A stretch of DNA of 64,000 nucleotides from positions 186,001 through 250,000 of the forward strand of contig CAUYUJ010000281.1 in assembly GCA_963575745.1 (NCBI GenBank), read 5' to 3'. Shown in pieces: positions 25,421 to 37,981 of this stretch. A program made the translations under genes and the position numbers. Positions within the stretch are counted from its first letter, which is position 1. Every line of letters starts with the position of its first letter. The notes under the pieces were generated by a model that was not told the DNA's origin, ran no database searches, and saw only the letters and a program-made list of their open reading frames with translations. This DNA comes from Prorocentrum cordatum (taxonomy: Eukaryota).

Positions 25421-28400
25421 ATGACACTCACCGCAATTTCCAAATTGCCTGCGGATTGCCAGACTTGCCGGGCTCCTCGGTGCAACCTCCTATGGGGTAC
25501 GGGCACGGTGCCCTATCAATTTCGTTGCGCGGGCCCAGCGGTAAGCGTCCGAGACGCATTCAGGGGAGAGGTCTTCACCGACGGCTCGTGACTCAGGGAC
25601 GGGCCCGCCGAGCTCCACGTGGCAAGACGGGCGGTAATTAAGCTCACTGCCGGGGGGACCTATACGCGGCAATGTGGGGGTCGGTTGGAAACCAGTACCC
25701 CCCAGACATCGCCGGCAGCGGAACACGTGGCCGTCCCAGCTTGCATGGAACACTGTCCAGAGGCAAACCCCATCCAATCTGATTGTTTGGGGGTAGTTCA
25801 GCTAGCTTCGGCGCCTTGGGCGCAAGTGGTTTGCGGGCTTGCGGATCGAGATCAGATCTTGCCCAGGCTGGGATGGGAATTTAACATCCAAAAGGTAGCA
25901 GCGCACTCAGATGTAGACACGCCGAATCCGCAGACGCGGGAGTGGCATTTGGCCACGAGCAACGATTTCGCAGATGAGTACACCCTGCGAAATGCTTAAG
26001 AAATCATGGGTTAAGAAATTCATAGTCTCAGAACTTGAATAAAAACCAAACATTTCCATTAAAATCTTAAGATTTGCATTGAGACGTTAAGAATAATCGA
26101 GACTCTGGCCGAAAATTTAAGTTTTCTTAAGCATCGCCTAAGGTGTATGCGAAATCGGCCGCATCCCTGCTAGCACAGCCCTCGGTGGCGGAGCGACCGA
26201 GACGCAGTGAGAACGCAGCAACTTTGAAGCGATATCTCTGCTGCGCGGCGAACGGGTGACTCATGCACCCTAGGCTTATGTCGGGCGTGTTCCCCTACAG
26301 GGGGATCTTCGACGACAAATCGAAAATACCACAAACATACACCGAAAAGGTAAAACAAACTAAAAACATAGTCCCCAGGCTATGTTTGGACAGTGTTTTG
26401 ATTCTGTTTTGGAGTACTTTTGATTTTTCGTCGAAAATCCCCCCGTAGAGGGGACAGGCCCGACTGAACCCTAGGCAGGCGCCGTCGGAAAAACGACGGA
26501 AAGCATTCCACAAGGAAGGGATGAGCCCAAACTTCCAGTCGGGCGCCTCGGCGGCCATAGGGGCACTGCACCAGCGGCGGCCCAGCCGGCCCAAACGACC
26601 ACGGCGGGGAGGCACGCGAGTCGTGCGCAGCAGTCCCCACGCCTAAGGTGCCTCCGCCTCCCCCTCCAGTAGCAGCTCGGCCAGCGAACGCGGCCGAGAT
26701 CCAGGACTCGCGAAGGCGAGGGCCTCCATTCCCGCCGCTACCTCCGACCAGTGGGCACGATTTCGAATGGGCGCGCAGGAAGTGGGCGTGCCAGAAACGC
26801 CTCGGACGCACGCTACGCGATGCACCCTTTCTGTCTTGTCAGTGCCCGGGTCACAATCAAGTGCTCAGCGCAATTGCTGCAGATCTGAGAGGGCACGCGA
26901 TGATCGTGGCTGCCACGCCTGACGGCATTCTTTTTGTATGCATGAAGCGTGGCTGCATATCGGAAGGAGTGCGGATAAACAGTCTCGGTGCGGACTGCAA
27001 TAACAGCCCCGCCAGTGACCACACACGGTCTAGTTCGAACCGCATCCGCAGTTGGCAACAACCCGTCCCACAAGCGTGGAAGCGCGATCGTCCTAGACGA
27101 ACCAGTGCCCTTGAAAGGGTTTTTGTTGTAGGGCGAAGCGGGGCTAGCAACCGCATTGACCGGCGACATCAATGCACAGGGTGACAAACTCGGATTCACA
27201 AAGGTGAAGCAAAGTTGGACTCCCCGCGTCCCCCCCCTCGCATCTCAGCCGCGCGCGCGCCGCTCGCCTGCTGCCGTCTTGGGCTCAAGGGTGGGAGCGG
27301 CCTCGGAACCTTGGTGCTTGAGCCAATGAAAAAGGAAGGAAGGGAGCGGGAGCTACCAAAGATATCATCGTGCCCATCACCGTCTCCGGTCAACGCCCTC
27401 AAGGCAGGCATCGGAGAGGGGGGGGGGGGCACACCGCGCATGCCCCACAGTCGTGGGGCGGCCCTCCGCCGAGACGAGGCTCGGCAGTGGGCAAGCATCG
27501 TGCTTGGGCTGGCCTTTTGCTCTTTCATGTTGCATCTCAGGCGCAATGCACTCTTTCTTTCTTTCTTTCTTTCGAGAGGGACAAAGCTCCACGAAGCTAC
27601 CCTGGGACCCAAGTGCACAAGAAGAGGCATGCAACTAATTTGCGCGATACTCACTCACTCTCTTGAACCACCGGACTGCCTCGAGTGCCGCAATGCACTC
27701 TTCCTGCTGAAGATAACCGTGCTTCACAGTCGTGGGGCGGGCTCTGACCAGAGGGCAAATACGTGAATGTGTTGTGGGGGCAAGTGGAGATCTGTGACAT
27801 GATTCGAAGAGTTGAACTCAGTACACAGCTGCAGGGAGGATGACTCCGTCTCTCCCCGCTGTCGCTGTTTCGGCGACGAAAATCTATACCAATCGTTGCA
27901 AAACTTCTTTTGAGGCCGTCTCGGCTTCCTCGTGGGAGTTCGTTGGCTCGACGATGGTCGAAGACACCCCCAAGAGAAAATCGGTACCAATCGTTGCAAG
28001 CTTGGGTGGGTATTGGCGCGAGTGTCGCCTAGCATATGCGTGGTAGTAGACCTGGGTCGATATGCGACCTATGGGCCCTACGGGATCTACACAGACGTGT
28101 GAGTCCCACGAGCCCTAAATTAGCCCTACGGTGCACTATGAGCACTGCGGGGCCCTACTCCGGCCCCTATGGGACGTGAGGTAGGTAATTGTAGGTAACT
28201 GTGTTTCGGTCGTGGGGCAGCCCTCCTCCGGAAAGAGGCTGGGCAGTTATCGTTCTCATGTTTGATTTCCTCTAAGGGGGCTCTGTACCCCAGGGGGCCA
28301 AATAAAGGGGTGCTGTAACCTCAGAAGGCATACGGGAGGGGGTGCTGTACCCTCAGAGGGCCACTAGGGAAGGGGCTCCCCAACCCCCAGTTGGGACATG

Positions 28401-30607
28401 CGGGGGGAGATGCTGGGTGCTAAGCTCCTTCGTAAGGTCCTGCGAGGTTGCGGGCCAGCCCCCAGCCGAATAACCAGGCATCGGCGGATAATACCGAGTA
28501 GGGCAAAAGTGCACCGTCCTAAGAAGAAGCAGGGGGGGCACTGGGGCGGGCTTCTGCCTAGGGGTATATTCGTGATTGTTGTTGTGGGGCAAGTCCGAGT
28601 TACTCACTGTAACAGGTGGTGGGAAGTGAAGAGCGGGGTAGTACAGCTGATAGCAGCTGATTGGGAAATCTATGGGTCCGTGCGACTCCTGACAGGTCTT
28701 GCGTTATTTGGTCTCCTCCTCATACTGCTCATCTTCCTCCTCTTATTCCTCCTCCTCCTCCTTCTTCTGGCCCCGTCCCCCAGCCACGTCGTGGAGGAGT
28801 AATCAGGTAGGTTTATGCTTTGACATGTTGATAATTCGCAGACCATAGTAGGCCGTAACAGGCCTGAGGTGTGTGCAGTAGCACGCGGGCCATAGGTGGC
28901 CGTATCAGGCATGGGTGTGGGGGGCTTAGCAGCCACCGTACAAAGGGCCCGCGTGTAGGCCATGGGTGGCCATAGGCCGCGCATTGGAGGGTATTGGCGC
29001 GAGTGTTGCAAAGCATATGCGTGGTAGTAGGCGCATCTTAATAGATGTTGCATCCATGGGAGTACGGGTATTGGCACGGGGCAACTAATTGTGCTTCACA
29101 GTCCCACTTGAATTCGCATTGCATGTCAAACAGTTTGCACCACGCAGGGTATCATGATTTATGTTGCAGATAGTTCAGTGCCTTCTGATGTTTGAGTTGG
29201 AATTGGAATTGAACATAGCATGCCACCATTGTTAGGGCACGAAGCGGTAAAACATTACCCGTGCCTTGAACGACAGGCGTGACAATCCTCCCCTTCCTCC
29301 TCTTCTCCTCCTCCTCCTCCTCCTCCTCCTGGCTTTCCTGGACCACCGCAGGCGGCGGAAGCAGCCGCCGCCGAGGGCGAGGCTGCTCCCGAGCCACGCC
29401 GTCTCCCAGGCGGCCACGAGCAGCGCGATGCCGGCGAGCTCCAGGGCGAAGAGCGCGTAGGGGTAGCCGCGCTGCGGGTCGCAGTACCAGGGCGGCGCCG
29501 CGGGCCGCTCGGGCGGCGCGGCGCCCCGGACGGCCGCCTCGGCGGCCTGCCTCACCGCCCCGTCCGCGTGGCCCAGGAGCGCGCCGAGGGCGTCCCGCAG
29601 CTCGGGCTCCGAGAGGCCCTCGGTGGAAATCACGGCGGCGGGCCCCGGCTCGTCCTGGGCAGGACGCAGGTGCACACTCCAGCATGACTACCTACCAGAC
29701 CACCCCAACCCAACCCGAAGGCCCAAATTTCGGGTTGGGGGGGGTAAGGGTTCCACATGTGTGTTTTCGATGTTCCCGGACCCCCCCCCCACTGGAAATG
29801 GACGCCAAATTGAGGCCTTCGGGTTGGGTTGGGGTGGTTTGGTGGGTGGTGAACACTCCAGCAGGGCCCCTCCGTGCACATAAAGCCGTCCCCAGCCCAG
29901 GGCAGGGGACGCCGATCGAGATCCACCCGGGCCTCCCCCAGAGTGGGCCCGAGAGCTGTGGCGCACTGCCTCACTGCGGCGAGGAGGGGGGGGGCAAAAC
30001 GGTACTGATACCACCACTCCGCGGATCTCTCCCAGGGGTGCGTCCTGTGAACCGAGCTTCGAGGCGAACCCAGCCGTGGCGGCGGAGCCCCCCCAGGAGG
30101 CCCAGGGTGGCGACGCTGGGAACCCTCCCTCCTCCGAACAACGCGGCCAGCATTGGGCAAGCAAGCTCCTCCTCCTCCTCCTCCTCTCTTCCTCCTCCTC
30201 CTCCTCCCTCTCCCTCTCCTCCTCCCTCCTCCTCCTCCTCCTCTCCTCCTCCTCCACCTCCTCCTCCTTCTCCTCCTCCACCTCCTCCTCCTCTACCTCC
30301 TCCTCCTTCTCCTCCTCCTCCTCCTCCTCCTCCTCCTCCTCCTCCTCCTCCTCCAGAGGGAAGCGGATCCTGCACCCTGGGGCCTCACCCCAGGAGGAGC
30401 GCATCGTCCCGGACCGCTCTCTGACGGTCCGGGGGCCCGTGGAGGGCCCCGAGGGCCCGACAGCGGCGAGGGGCCTCGGGACTCGTCTCCCCCGAGTCCC
30501 CCCGCTTCCCCCGCGGCGGCGCGGCACTCCTGCGCCAGGCCCCGCAGCGGCCGGCCGCCCAGCAGCGCTGCCGCGAGGCACCACGGCGCCAGGGGCGGCG
30601 GGCGCAT
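16024..30607 (-). CDS. Calx-beta domain + ABC-transporter-like membrane protein with degenerate nucleotide-binding domain; exons 30389-30607 (tentative), 29338-29654, 18147-19010, 16421-17978, 16024-16104
   Basis: Signal-peptide-like start MRPPPLAPWCLAAALL. Calx-beta-like AKAGRDFQPFERDIHFAAGQTCQTFEIEL. Multiple TM helices with GDMTAGQFVLLL..SLKRLCRLM. NBD-like SIPLGRVVRIRG..PPTRGSV..LAPGELQTLTLVRALLRDPDVL. Phase-consistent GA-AG and GT-AG introns. Confidence 0.7.
16105..16420 (-). mobile_element. Introner-like intron with 23-bp perfect subterminal inverted repeats
   Basis: CTAGGGGGCCACATGCGAACCCT at 16107-16129 and its reverse complement at 16392-16414. GAG|GT at both splice sites. Confidence 0.8.
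16421..17978 (-). CDS. ABC transmembrane + degenerate NBD exon
   Basis: Core of the 750-aa ORF with strong G/C third-position bias. AG|G acceptor at 17979-17980, GT donor at 16419-16420. Confidence 0.85.
18147..19010 (-). CDS. Calx-beta-like + first TM helices exon
   Basis: Core of the 318-aa ORF. AG|G acceptor at 19011-19012, GA donor at 18145-18146. Confidence 0.8.
22458..23070 (-). repeat. CCAAGAGG-rich interspersed repeat (same family as 12.6-15.4 kb, opposite orientation) inserted in the decayed LINE
   Basis: Dense ccaaga motifs with the shared AT-rich GTTTTT core. Confidence 0.75.
25346..25421 (+). repeat. (ATC)n microsatellite
   Basis: Perfect run. Confidence 0.95.
25981..26145. mobile_element. 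165-bp MITE with TA target-site duplication (Tc1/mariner-like)
   Basis: TA|CACC...ATGCTTAAGAAA / TTTCTTAAGCAT...GGTG|TA. Removing it restores the RNase H motif NDFADEYAKSAA. Confidence 0.8.
26288..26456. mobile_element. MITE-like element with ~40-bp imperfect TIRs
   Basis: CCCCTACAGGGGGATCTTCGACGACAAATC vs reverse complement CTCTACGGGGGGATTTTCGACGAAAAATC. Confidence 0.65.
29338..29654 (-). CDS. Upstream exon with a TM helix, probably of the ABC-like gene
   Basis: DEPGPAAVISTEGL...YPYALFALELAGIALLVAAWE. CAG|G acceptor and a phase-2 AG|GA donor matching the 19010 acceptor. Confidence 0.65.
29685..29852. mobile_element. 168-bp MITE with ~45-bp TIRs and 11-bp TSD (Mutator-like)
   Basis: ACACTCCAGCA at 29674-29684 and 29853-29863. 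TIR core ACCACCCCAACCCAACCCGAAGGCC. Confidence 0.8.
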
Positions 30608-31519
30608 GGCGCCGCGCTCGGCGGCGGCTGGAAGGGCCGCTGGGCGGCTGCGCCAGCACCGCCGTCGCTGTCACCGTCGTCGTCGGCGGCGTCGTCCTCG
30701 TCATTGTCGTCGTCGTCGCCGTCGAACTGCGTCGCTGGGGTCGTGGTCATCGTCATTGTGGTCGTCGCCGTCGCCGTCGTCATCGGCGTCATCGTCGTCG
30801 TCGACCTCGTCTCCGCCGCCGGCGTCTCCGCCGTGGCCGTCGCCGTCGTTGTCGCCGTCGTCGTCGCCGTCGTTGTCGCCGTCGTCGTCGTCGTCGTCGT
30901 CATCGTCGTCGTCGTCGTGGTCACCGTCATCGTCGTCGTCGTTGGTGCCGTCGTCGGGGAGGGGATGAGGGCGGGGGGCAGGAGGTGGAGGAAGAGGGAG
31001 AACGAGCGGGGACTAGGGGCGAGGACGGGTAGCGGAGATGCGAGGGGGTAAAATGCTGGAACCGCCCCTTTTAAATGGACGAGCGTCCCATGTGCTTCAC
31101 ATTGAGGTCACATACCTCAAGGTTTAAAATTGTCCAAGCAATTGTCAATCGATGGACCCGTAGTTACAACAATGTGCCCTTCTTCTGCGTAGTTAGCTGT
31201 TGCGCAGTCCCAATTCTGCGACCATAACGCTTCAAGTTTAAAGCGGTAAGAACATTCACAAGTGAGCCACCCTTAATTTGTGAAGGTGTCGCACATGTTC
31301 GTACTTCTGTTCGTACCATGCCGAAGGGATCTCAAGCGAGGGCCCCAAGCTGAAACGGTGTCGCACTCCCTCTGTGGTGCTGTCGGGAACGTGTAAGACA
31401 TATCTACTGGGCGCAGGTGGTCTAGAGCGTTTCCTTTTGCAACCTCCTTCCTTTCCCTGCTCGGGAGGCTTACCTCCCCCCTCTCCCTGGGTCTGGACGG
31501 GCCTCCCCGGGAGGGCTTC

Positions 31520-32480
31520 GAGCGTCCAAGATGGACCAGCATAGCTTCAATAATGCATTAGCTAGCCCAAGATGGCCTCCAAGATCGCCCAGGATAGCCC
31601 AAGACGGCTCAATAGAGCCTCCAACACGCATCCAAGAGGCCCCAAGACGGCCCCAAGACGGTTTCAAGCGCCCTCCGAGCTCTCCAGGGAACCCCCCCCC
31701 CGAGAGGCCCAGACGCGTCCAAAACGCAGAGGGGGATCAGCCTGCTCTGCCTTTTTCGCTGCTTCGCTTCCGATGGGCCCTTGAGGCGCCAGGATGGCCC
31801 CAAGATGGCCCAACACAGCCCCAAGATGGCCCAAAACGCAAGGGGGATCAACCTGCTCTGCCTTTCTCGCTTGTTCGCTCCCGATGGGCCCTTGAGGCGC
31901 CAGGACGGCCCCAAGGTGGCCCAACATAGCCCCAGCAAAAGACCCAAGAGGACCCCAGGACGGGCCCCACGAGCGAGCGCCCCCAGAGCGGCCCAAGAGG
32001 GCCCCCATACGCCCCCCTTGGGCCTCCGACGGGGGGACCAGAAGTTACGACCCCCCTCTTTTCGAGCGGCCCCTCTTGGGCCTCCGACGGGGGGACCAGA
32101 AGTTACGACCCCCCTCTTTTCGCGCGAAGGGGTCCAAGACGGGCCCAAGAGGTCTCCCAGACCTCCCTTTACAAGACCCCCAAGAGGGCCCCAAGACCCC
32201 CCCAAAAGTGGAGGCTTAGAGATGGGCACCAACACCAATGCCGAGCGTTGCCTCTACCAGGGGAGGGTGATCTAGATTTTGGTGTTGGTGGCAATATTTC
32301 GGCCACCTTGGAAACCCGAATATTACCACCATCGCCGAGATCGGCATCACCTTTCCTCGGTGGAGGCACACCACCGATCTTGGTGCTGGTGTCAACTTCT
32401 AGGCCTGCGACGAAAGAGAGCCAAGAGAGCCTCAAGAGAGCCCCAAGAGACCCCCAAGAGAGCCCAAGAGGGCCCAAGAA
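31520..32480 (-). repeat. Further CCAAGA-rich repeat copies with internal duplications
   Basis: ~110-bp duplication at 31715-31930 and ~59-bp duplication at 32015-32122. Confidence 0.7.
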
Positions 32481-34854
32481 TAGAACATCCGACTCTACGA
32501 CGAGGTCCGCTGCGCCAGAGACGCTTACCAAAGGGAGTTCCCCGGCGCATCTAGCACCGGCTTCCATTTTAAATTTCGCTGCAGGAAGCTCTTTGTGATC
32601 CTTGCTTTCCAGAAGACGGCCGCGCAACTGCATGCTTCCAGCCGTCCCTGATTTACCAACTCCCCTGCTGATCGTTTTTCGATGGGTTGGTGGGGATAGT
32701 TTGGTTCGCGAGCGCAAGCGGAAGAGCCGCGCGCCGTCAAAAAGCCACAGCTAACAAGCAGGAGCCTAAATTGCACACGGGAGAAAGAAACGAGACAAGA
32801 AGAGAGCAGCGGGAGGAGAGCATAGCCGGGGCGGGCCGCGCGGCGCTCACGGAGAGGGTGCCAGCGGCAGCTAGCACCCGCCGCGGGGTGCACGCCAAAG
32901 TGGCGGGTAATTAGCTGGCACAATGGTGTCCCGTGGTGCCTGCGGCGTGGGGCAACCCTGCGGGAGATAGCGGAAGCCGCAAGCGCCTGCGCCTGCACGA
33001 CGGGCAGCACCCGGGGGTCTGAGCGCGGCAAGGGCTACGCATCCCTGCAAGGTGAGCAAGCCTTCTGCGCGTCGGGAGCCACGGTGGGTGGCGGCGGAAC
33101 GAACGAGTGGCGACGACCGAACAGCAATTCGCGCCGTGGGACAGGCATGTCTTAAGCAGACTGAAGGCAGTCAGCCGCGCGTCGACACCAGTGAAATTAC
33201 CAGCATGCAGGCGCCCGACGGACGGGAGTGCGGATCGCCCAAACCGGCAGGACGACAGATGTGTCGGAACCCGCCCAGGGAGCAGGGGGGAGGAGTGCAG
33301 CGGGGCGATGCCAAGGGTGGCAAAGCGGGCTAGCCGAAGAGAGAGGGCCCAGGGGCGGTCCTTTGTGCCGAGCAGCGGCGCGCCTGGACCAGGGGGCAGC
33401 TCGCCGTGGCGGCAAACCGCGGCAGCGGGAGGGGAAAGGGCCACCCTTCTGTGCCGACGCGGCGGCGGTCCAGGTGGGAAAAGCAGGAGCAAGGAAGCAG
33501 TGCGGCAGGGAGCGCGCCACCGAGGCCACGGCATCGAGGAAGAACGCCCTGCAGTAGTAGGCGCGAGCGCCACGCTGCAGTAGTAGCAGGGGGGCGCGGT
33601 TTGCGCTGGGAGGGGTGCCCTGAAAAAGGGCAACGGAAAGGCGGGGAGGGTGACGGGGGGGGGCCCTCGACCGTCGGTGACGCGACGGCCCCCAGGCGAG
33701 AGGGGGGGTGGCCGCGCCCAAGCGTGCTCAGCCGAGCGCGGGCCCCCTGCGGGCCCCTGGGGGCGCAGGACTTATAACCTCGAGCAGAGGTGGAGCCCTG
33801 TGGGAGGGGGCGGCGACCACCCCACGGTGAGGCTGCAGTGTTGGTGTGGCGAAGACAAGCAGGGGGAGCAATCAGCAAGCCCAGGGGGGATTGCACGGCG
33901 GGCCTCAGCGTTGATGGGGGGCGACTTGGAGCATTTGGAGCGGCACGCCTGACTAACAGGGAGCGCCCATAGGAACCTCGATGCCCAGGGAGGCGGGCAG
34001 TTCAGGAGGCCGTGGTGCTGAGCGAACCTGTGGTGGACGACGACACCGTGAGCAAGGCCGAAGCCGAAGACAGAGACGTGCCGTTGACCAGCGGCGCCTC
34101 TGGTTGCGCCCGTGCTCGAGCAGGTTGTGCAGCACGGGCCTAGCTGGTGCGAGCTGCACGAGTGTGGCGTAGAACGTGGTATTGTATGACGACACGCCGT
34201 GCGTGTAGCAATGAGCGCAGCCACCGACGTGCTGCGGTTGAACCCGCGAGCGGCCGCCAAGCGCGCCGCAAAGAGTGATGTGCCAGCGCTCGAGGCCGCG
34301 GCTTGGGGCGAGCATGGTGGCCTTCGACGCCCTCGTGGGCCGAGGGCGCTGTCAGCAACTTGGAGTTGGTCCCGCTGACCGCGCCGAGAGCGAGCTGAGG
34401 GCGCAGCCGCTGGAGCGGCCTGAACGACTTGCGACGAGCCTGGAGGGCCAGGAAGGATGCCTCCGTGAATGTCGCCCGCCCTCCCAGGGCGGCTGCTGCA
34501 GCTGCAGGGCCAGGGGTGGTTCCTGCTGCGCCAGAGGGGGGTGCCAGGGGCAGCTGCTGAAGCTGTTGCGCCAGGCGCGGAGACTGCTGCCGCTGCTCCT
34601 GCGCCAGGCATGCGCCTGGTGGCGCCAGAACCTCCCAGGGGCGCGGACAGGAGTCAAGGGCAGGGGTGCGTGCTGCTGCTGCTGCTGCTGCTGCCGTTGC
34701 TGCTCAAACTACTGCCGCAGCTTCGACAAGTGTGGACCGGCTGCAGAGGGGACAGGAAGGAAACCCGCCAAGGGGATGGGCGGATGTTGCTGCTCCTGCT
34801 GCTGCAACAATTACTGATGCGGTGAGTGGCGCCGCTGCGCTGCTGCTACTGTCC

Positions 34855-34949
34855 CGACCCCGGCGCCAACCCGGAGACATGCTCCAGCTCCAGCTCTGGC
34901 TCCGGCGCCCGCTCCCAGGGGCGACAGCTCCAGCTCCAACTCCAGCCCC

Positions 34950-35015
<66 letters not shown>

Positions 35016-36173
35016 CGCCTTCCCAGGGGCGGCCGAGGTCGTCGTTCGTCGTTTGTCGGTCGTGGTCGTCGGACGGCGTCGCCAGGGGCGCAGCTGACGG
35101 CTGCAAGTGCTGGTGTAAATGCAACGACGGTCGGCGGTAACAGTCGTCAGTCGGCATCGCCAGGGGCGCAGCCAGCGGCTGCGCGCCCCCCAGGGCCCCG
35201 GGGCGGCTGCTGCAGCGGCAGGGCCAGGGAAGAGGCAGAACTCGCACCCGACTGAACAGGCACCTGGCTGAACTCGCGCCCGTGCGGCCCAGACGGACGC
35301 GCACTAGCTGAACTCGCACCCGTCTGAAGTCGCACCGGCTGAATTCACACCCTTGTCCCAGGGGTGGCTTCTGCTGCACCAAAGGGGGGGTCAGGGGCAG
35401 CAGCTGAAGCTGTCGCGCCAGGTGCAGGGCTGCTGCCGCTGCTGCTGCGCCCAGTATGCACCTGGTGGTGCCCAGAACTCCCAGTGGCGCGGACAGGAAG
35501 AATGAGCAGGGGCGGTTGCTGCTGCAGCCGTTGACACGCACCAGCTGAAACCGCATCCGATTGAACGCACACCCGACAGAACTCGCACCAGCTCAACTCA
35601 CACCCTTGTCCCAGGAGTGGTTTCTCCTGCACCATGGGGGGTCCAGGGGCAACTGATGAAGCTGTAGCGCCAGGTGCGGGGATGCTGGCGCTGCTGCTGC
35701 TGCGCCTGGTGTGCACCTCGTGGCGCCCAGACCTCCCAGGGGAGCGGACAAGAGTGATGAGCAGGGGCGATTGCTGCTGCAACCGCTGATTCGCACCAGC
35801 GGAACTCGCCTCTGGCTGAACTCACACCCGACACAACTCGCACCAGCTGAACTCGCACCCTTGTGCCGAACGGTTACTGACGCAGGATACCTCATCACGT
35901 TGTCGTCGGCGTCTCCAGGGGGGGTTGGCCAACGGCCACAAACACTGGGGTAAAATGGTCGCCGATGCCGAATCGGGTCGTCACGTCGTCGTCGACGCTT
36001 CCAGGGGGGGTGGCTAACGGCCACAAGCACTGGTGCAAAAGAGTCGCCGATGTACAGCCCCGATCCCGGCGCCAACCCAGAGACATGCTCCAGCTCCAGC
36101 TCTGGCCCTGGCGCCCGCTCCGGCACGCAAAAGCCTTCCCAGGGGCGCCAGCTCCAGCTCCAGCTCCAGCCCC

Positions 36174-36236
<63 letters not shown>

Positions 36237-36540
36237 CGCCTTCCCAGGGGCGGCCGAGGTCGTCGCTCGTCGGTCGTAGTCGTCGGACGGCGTCGCCAAG
36301 GGCGCAGCTAACGGCTGCAAGTACTGGTGTAAGTGGAACGACCAGGGGCGCAGCTAACGGCTGCAATGAACCCACACCCTTGTCCCAGGGATGGCTTCTG
36401 CTGCACCAGGGGGGGTCTTGCTGCTGCTGCCGTTGACACGCACCAGCTGAACTCGCACCAGGTTGATCTCACACTGACAAAACTCGCACCAGCTGAGCTC
36501 ACACCCTTGTCCCAAGGGTGGCTTCTTCTGCGGCTGGTGG
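34855..36540. repeat. Local duplicated block with (CGT)n core (34855-35110, 36064-36330) plus GAACTCGCACC / ACACCCTTGTCCCAGG repeats
   Basis: Near-identical CCCGGCGCCAACCC(G/A)GAGACATGCTCCAGCTCCAGCTCTGGC...(CGT)n...CCGCCTTCCCAGGGGCGGCCGAGGTCGTCG. Confidence 0.8.
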
Positions 36541-37601
36541 GGATACTTTTTGGTCAACAGGCTCGCGAGGCGTGTCGAAAGCCGTCCAAACACTAGTCGG
36601 GCCGCGACTTGGCAGCAAAAAGAAAAAAAGGCAAACTGGTGGGGGTATTTTTTTGGGTCGAGGGCGGACGCGAAAACGCTGTCGCCGAAGGAGAGGTCCG
36701 GGCCACGGGCCTGCCAAATTGGCCACGCGCAAGCCTAAAAGCGAAGCGGCCGAGCCCGCACTCAGAAGCAGCCGCCGGTGGGGCCGCAGCTGAGCTGGTG
36801 GGGATATGCGAAGCGTCAAGAATTTGAATGCGTCGCTTGCCGCTCTGGATCTGTTTGCGGCTCATGAAGCCTCATCTAGCTTCGGCGCCAGTCGTGGAAA
36901 ATCTCTCCTTCGTCCTGAGGTCAATGTTCTAAACGAGGCCTGCTTGATATTACACTTTGACGTTCCAGCTTAGGGTACGTGTGTGGCCCAATCTGACTTT
37001 AGGCACCCCTTTCCCCCCTTCCAGGCATGCTACTTTGCCGCGTTCGGTGGTTGACGTGGCCTGTGTTGCCTCTAGGTCCACTTGTGCTAGTACTTGGGCG
37101 AACGGTGTCGCCAGACGGGAACGAGTGTCTCCGGTCGCTGATCCAGCCATAGTCTCGGCTGGGATCGTTCCAGCAAACGACCGATCTCAGATGGGGTCCG
37201 CTCTGGGAAATGACTCAGTGGGCCCGAGGGGGGGTGGAAGAAAGGAGGCAAAGCATGAGGAACATGCGGGAGCCCGAAACCTGCGGACACCTTCCTGAGC
37301 ACTAGGTCGGGCATGTCCTTCGACAGGCGGATTTTGGCAGAAACATGAAGCATAGCCCCAAGTAACGAAACAACGCCATAAAAAAGCGTGAAACATAGTC
37401 ACCAGACCATGCTTTCCTATTCTAGCACCTTTTCCTACTGTGGAGAGACATGCCGCCTTAACCCGAGCTGGAGAACATGCGCGGGCCCCAGACCTCCCCG
37501 AGCACCAGCGGACCGGCTCCTCACCCCGAGCAGCACCTGCTGACTGTTGGGGGGGGGGGCGGCGGTGGCCTCCAGAGGCAGAGCAGGCGAAAGACAAGCC
37601 G

Positions 37602-37890
37602 CCTCCTCCTCCTCCTCCTCCTCCTCCTGCTCCTCCTGCTCCTCCTCCTCCTCCTGCTCCTCCTGCTCCTCCTGCTCCTGCTCCTCCTGTTCCTCCTGCT
37701 CCTCCTGCTCCTCCTGCTCCTCCTGCTCCTCCTGCTCCTCCTGCTCCTCGTGCTCCTCCTGCTCCTCCTGCTCCTCCTGCTCCTCCTGCTCCTCCTGCTC
37801 CTGCTCCTGCTCCTGCTCCTCCTCCTCCTCCTCCTCCTTTTCGTCGTCCTCCTCCTCCTCCTCCTCCTCCTCCTCCTCCTCCTCCTCTTC
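37602..37890 (+). repeat. (CCT)n/(CCTCCTGCT)n compound microsatellite
   Basis: Direct reading. Confidence 0.9.
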
Positions 37891-37981
37891 CCCCTCCTTC
37901 GATCTTTCCATAAACGTACAGCCGACCCGTACCATAAGGATGCGCGGTGAGGATGCACTTGGATGGCCGCGGCGGTTGCTA

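Larger units (their letters stand above)
19985..27150 (+). mobile_element. Decayed non-LTR retrotransposon (ORF1-like, EN, RT, RNase H), frameshifted and interrupted by later insertions
   Basis: Coiled-coil ORF 19985-20911. EN fragments VATFNGNSW, VGGVAILV, GGDFNM, LDYYMV, SPHRPV. RT fragments WDMSDYYEHV, GLAAG, FIGD, KNLGIDL. RNase H fragments FTDGS, AAEH, SDC, KVAAH, NDFADEYAK. Confidence 0.75.

Noticed and set aside
27317..27328. Partial SL relic (TTGGCTCAAG, minus strand)
   Set aside because: Only a ~10-nt match and no downstream gene; compatible with chance.
28008..29031. ~42-bp direct repeat ~1 kb apart as LTRs
   Set aside because: Too short, with no TG..CA ends, PBS or coding capacity.
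33772..34830. Possible degenerate coding sequence on the minus strand
   Set aside because: No consistent frame or recognisable motif.
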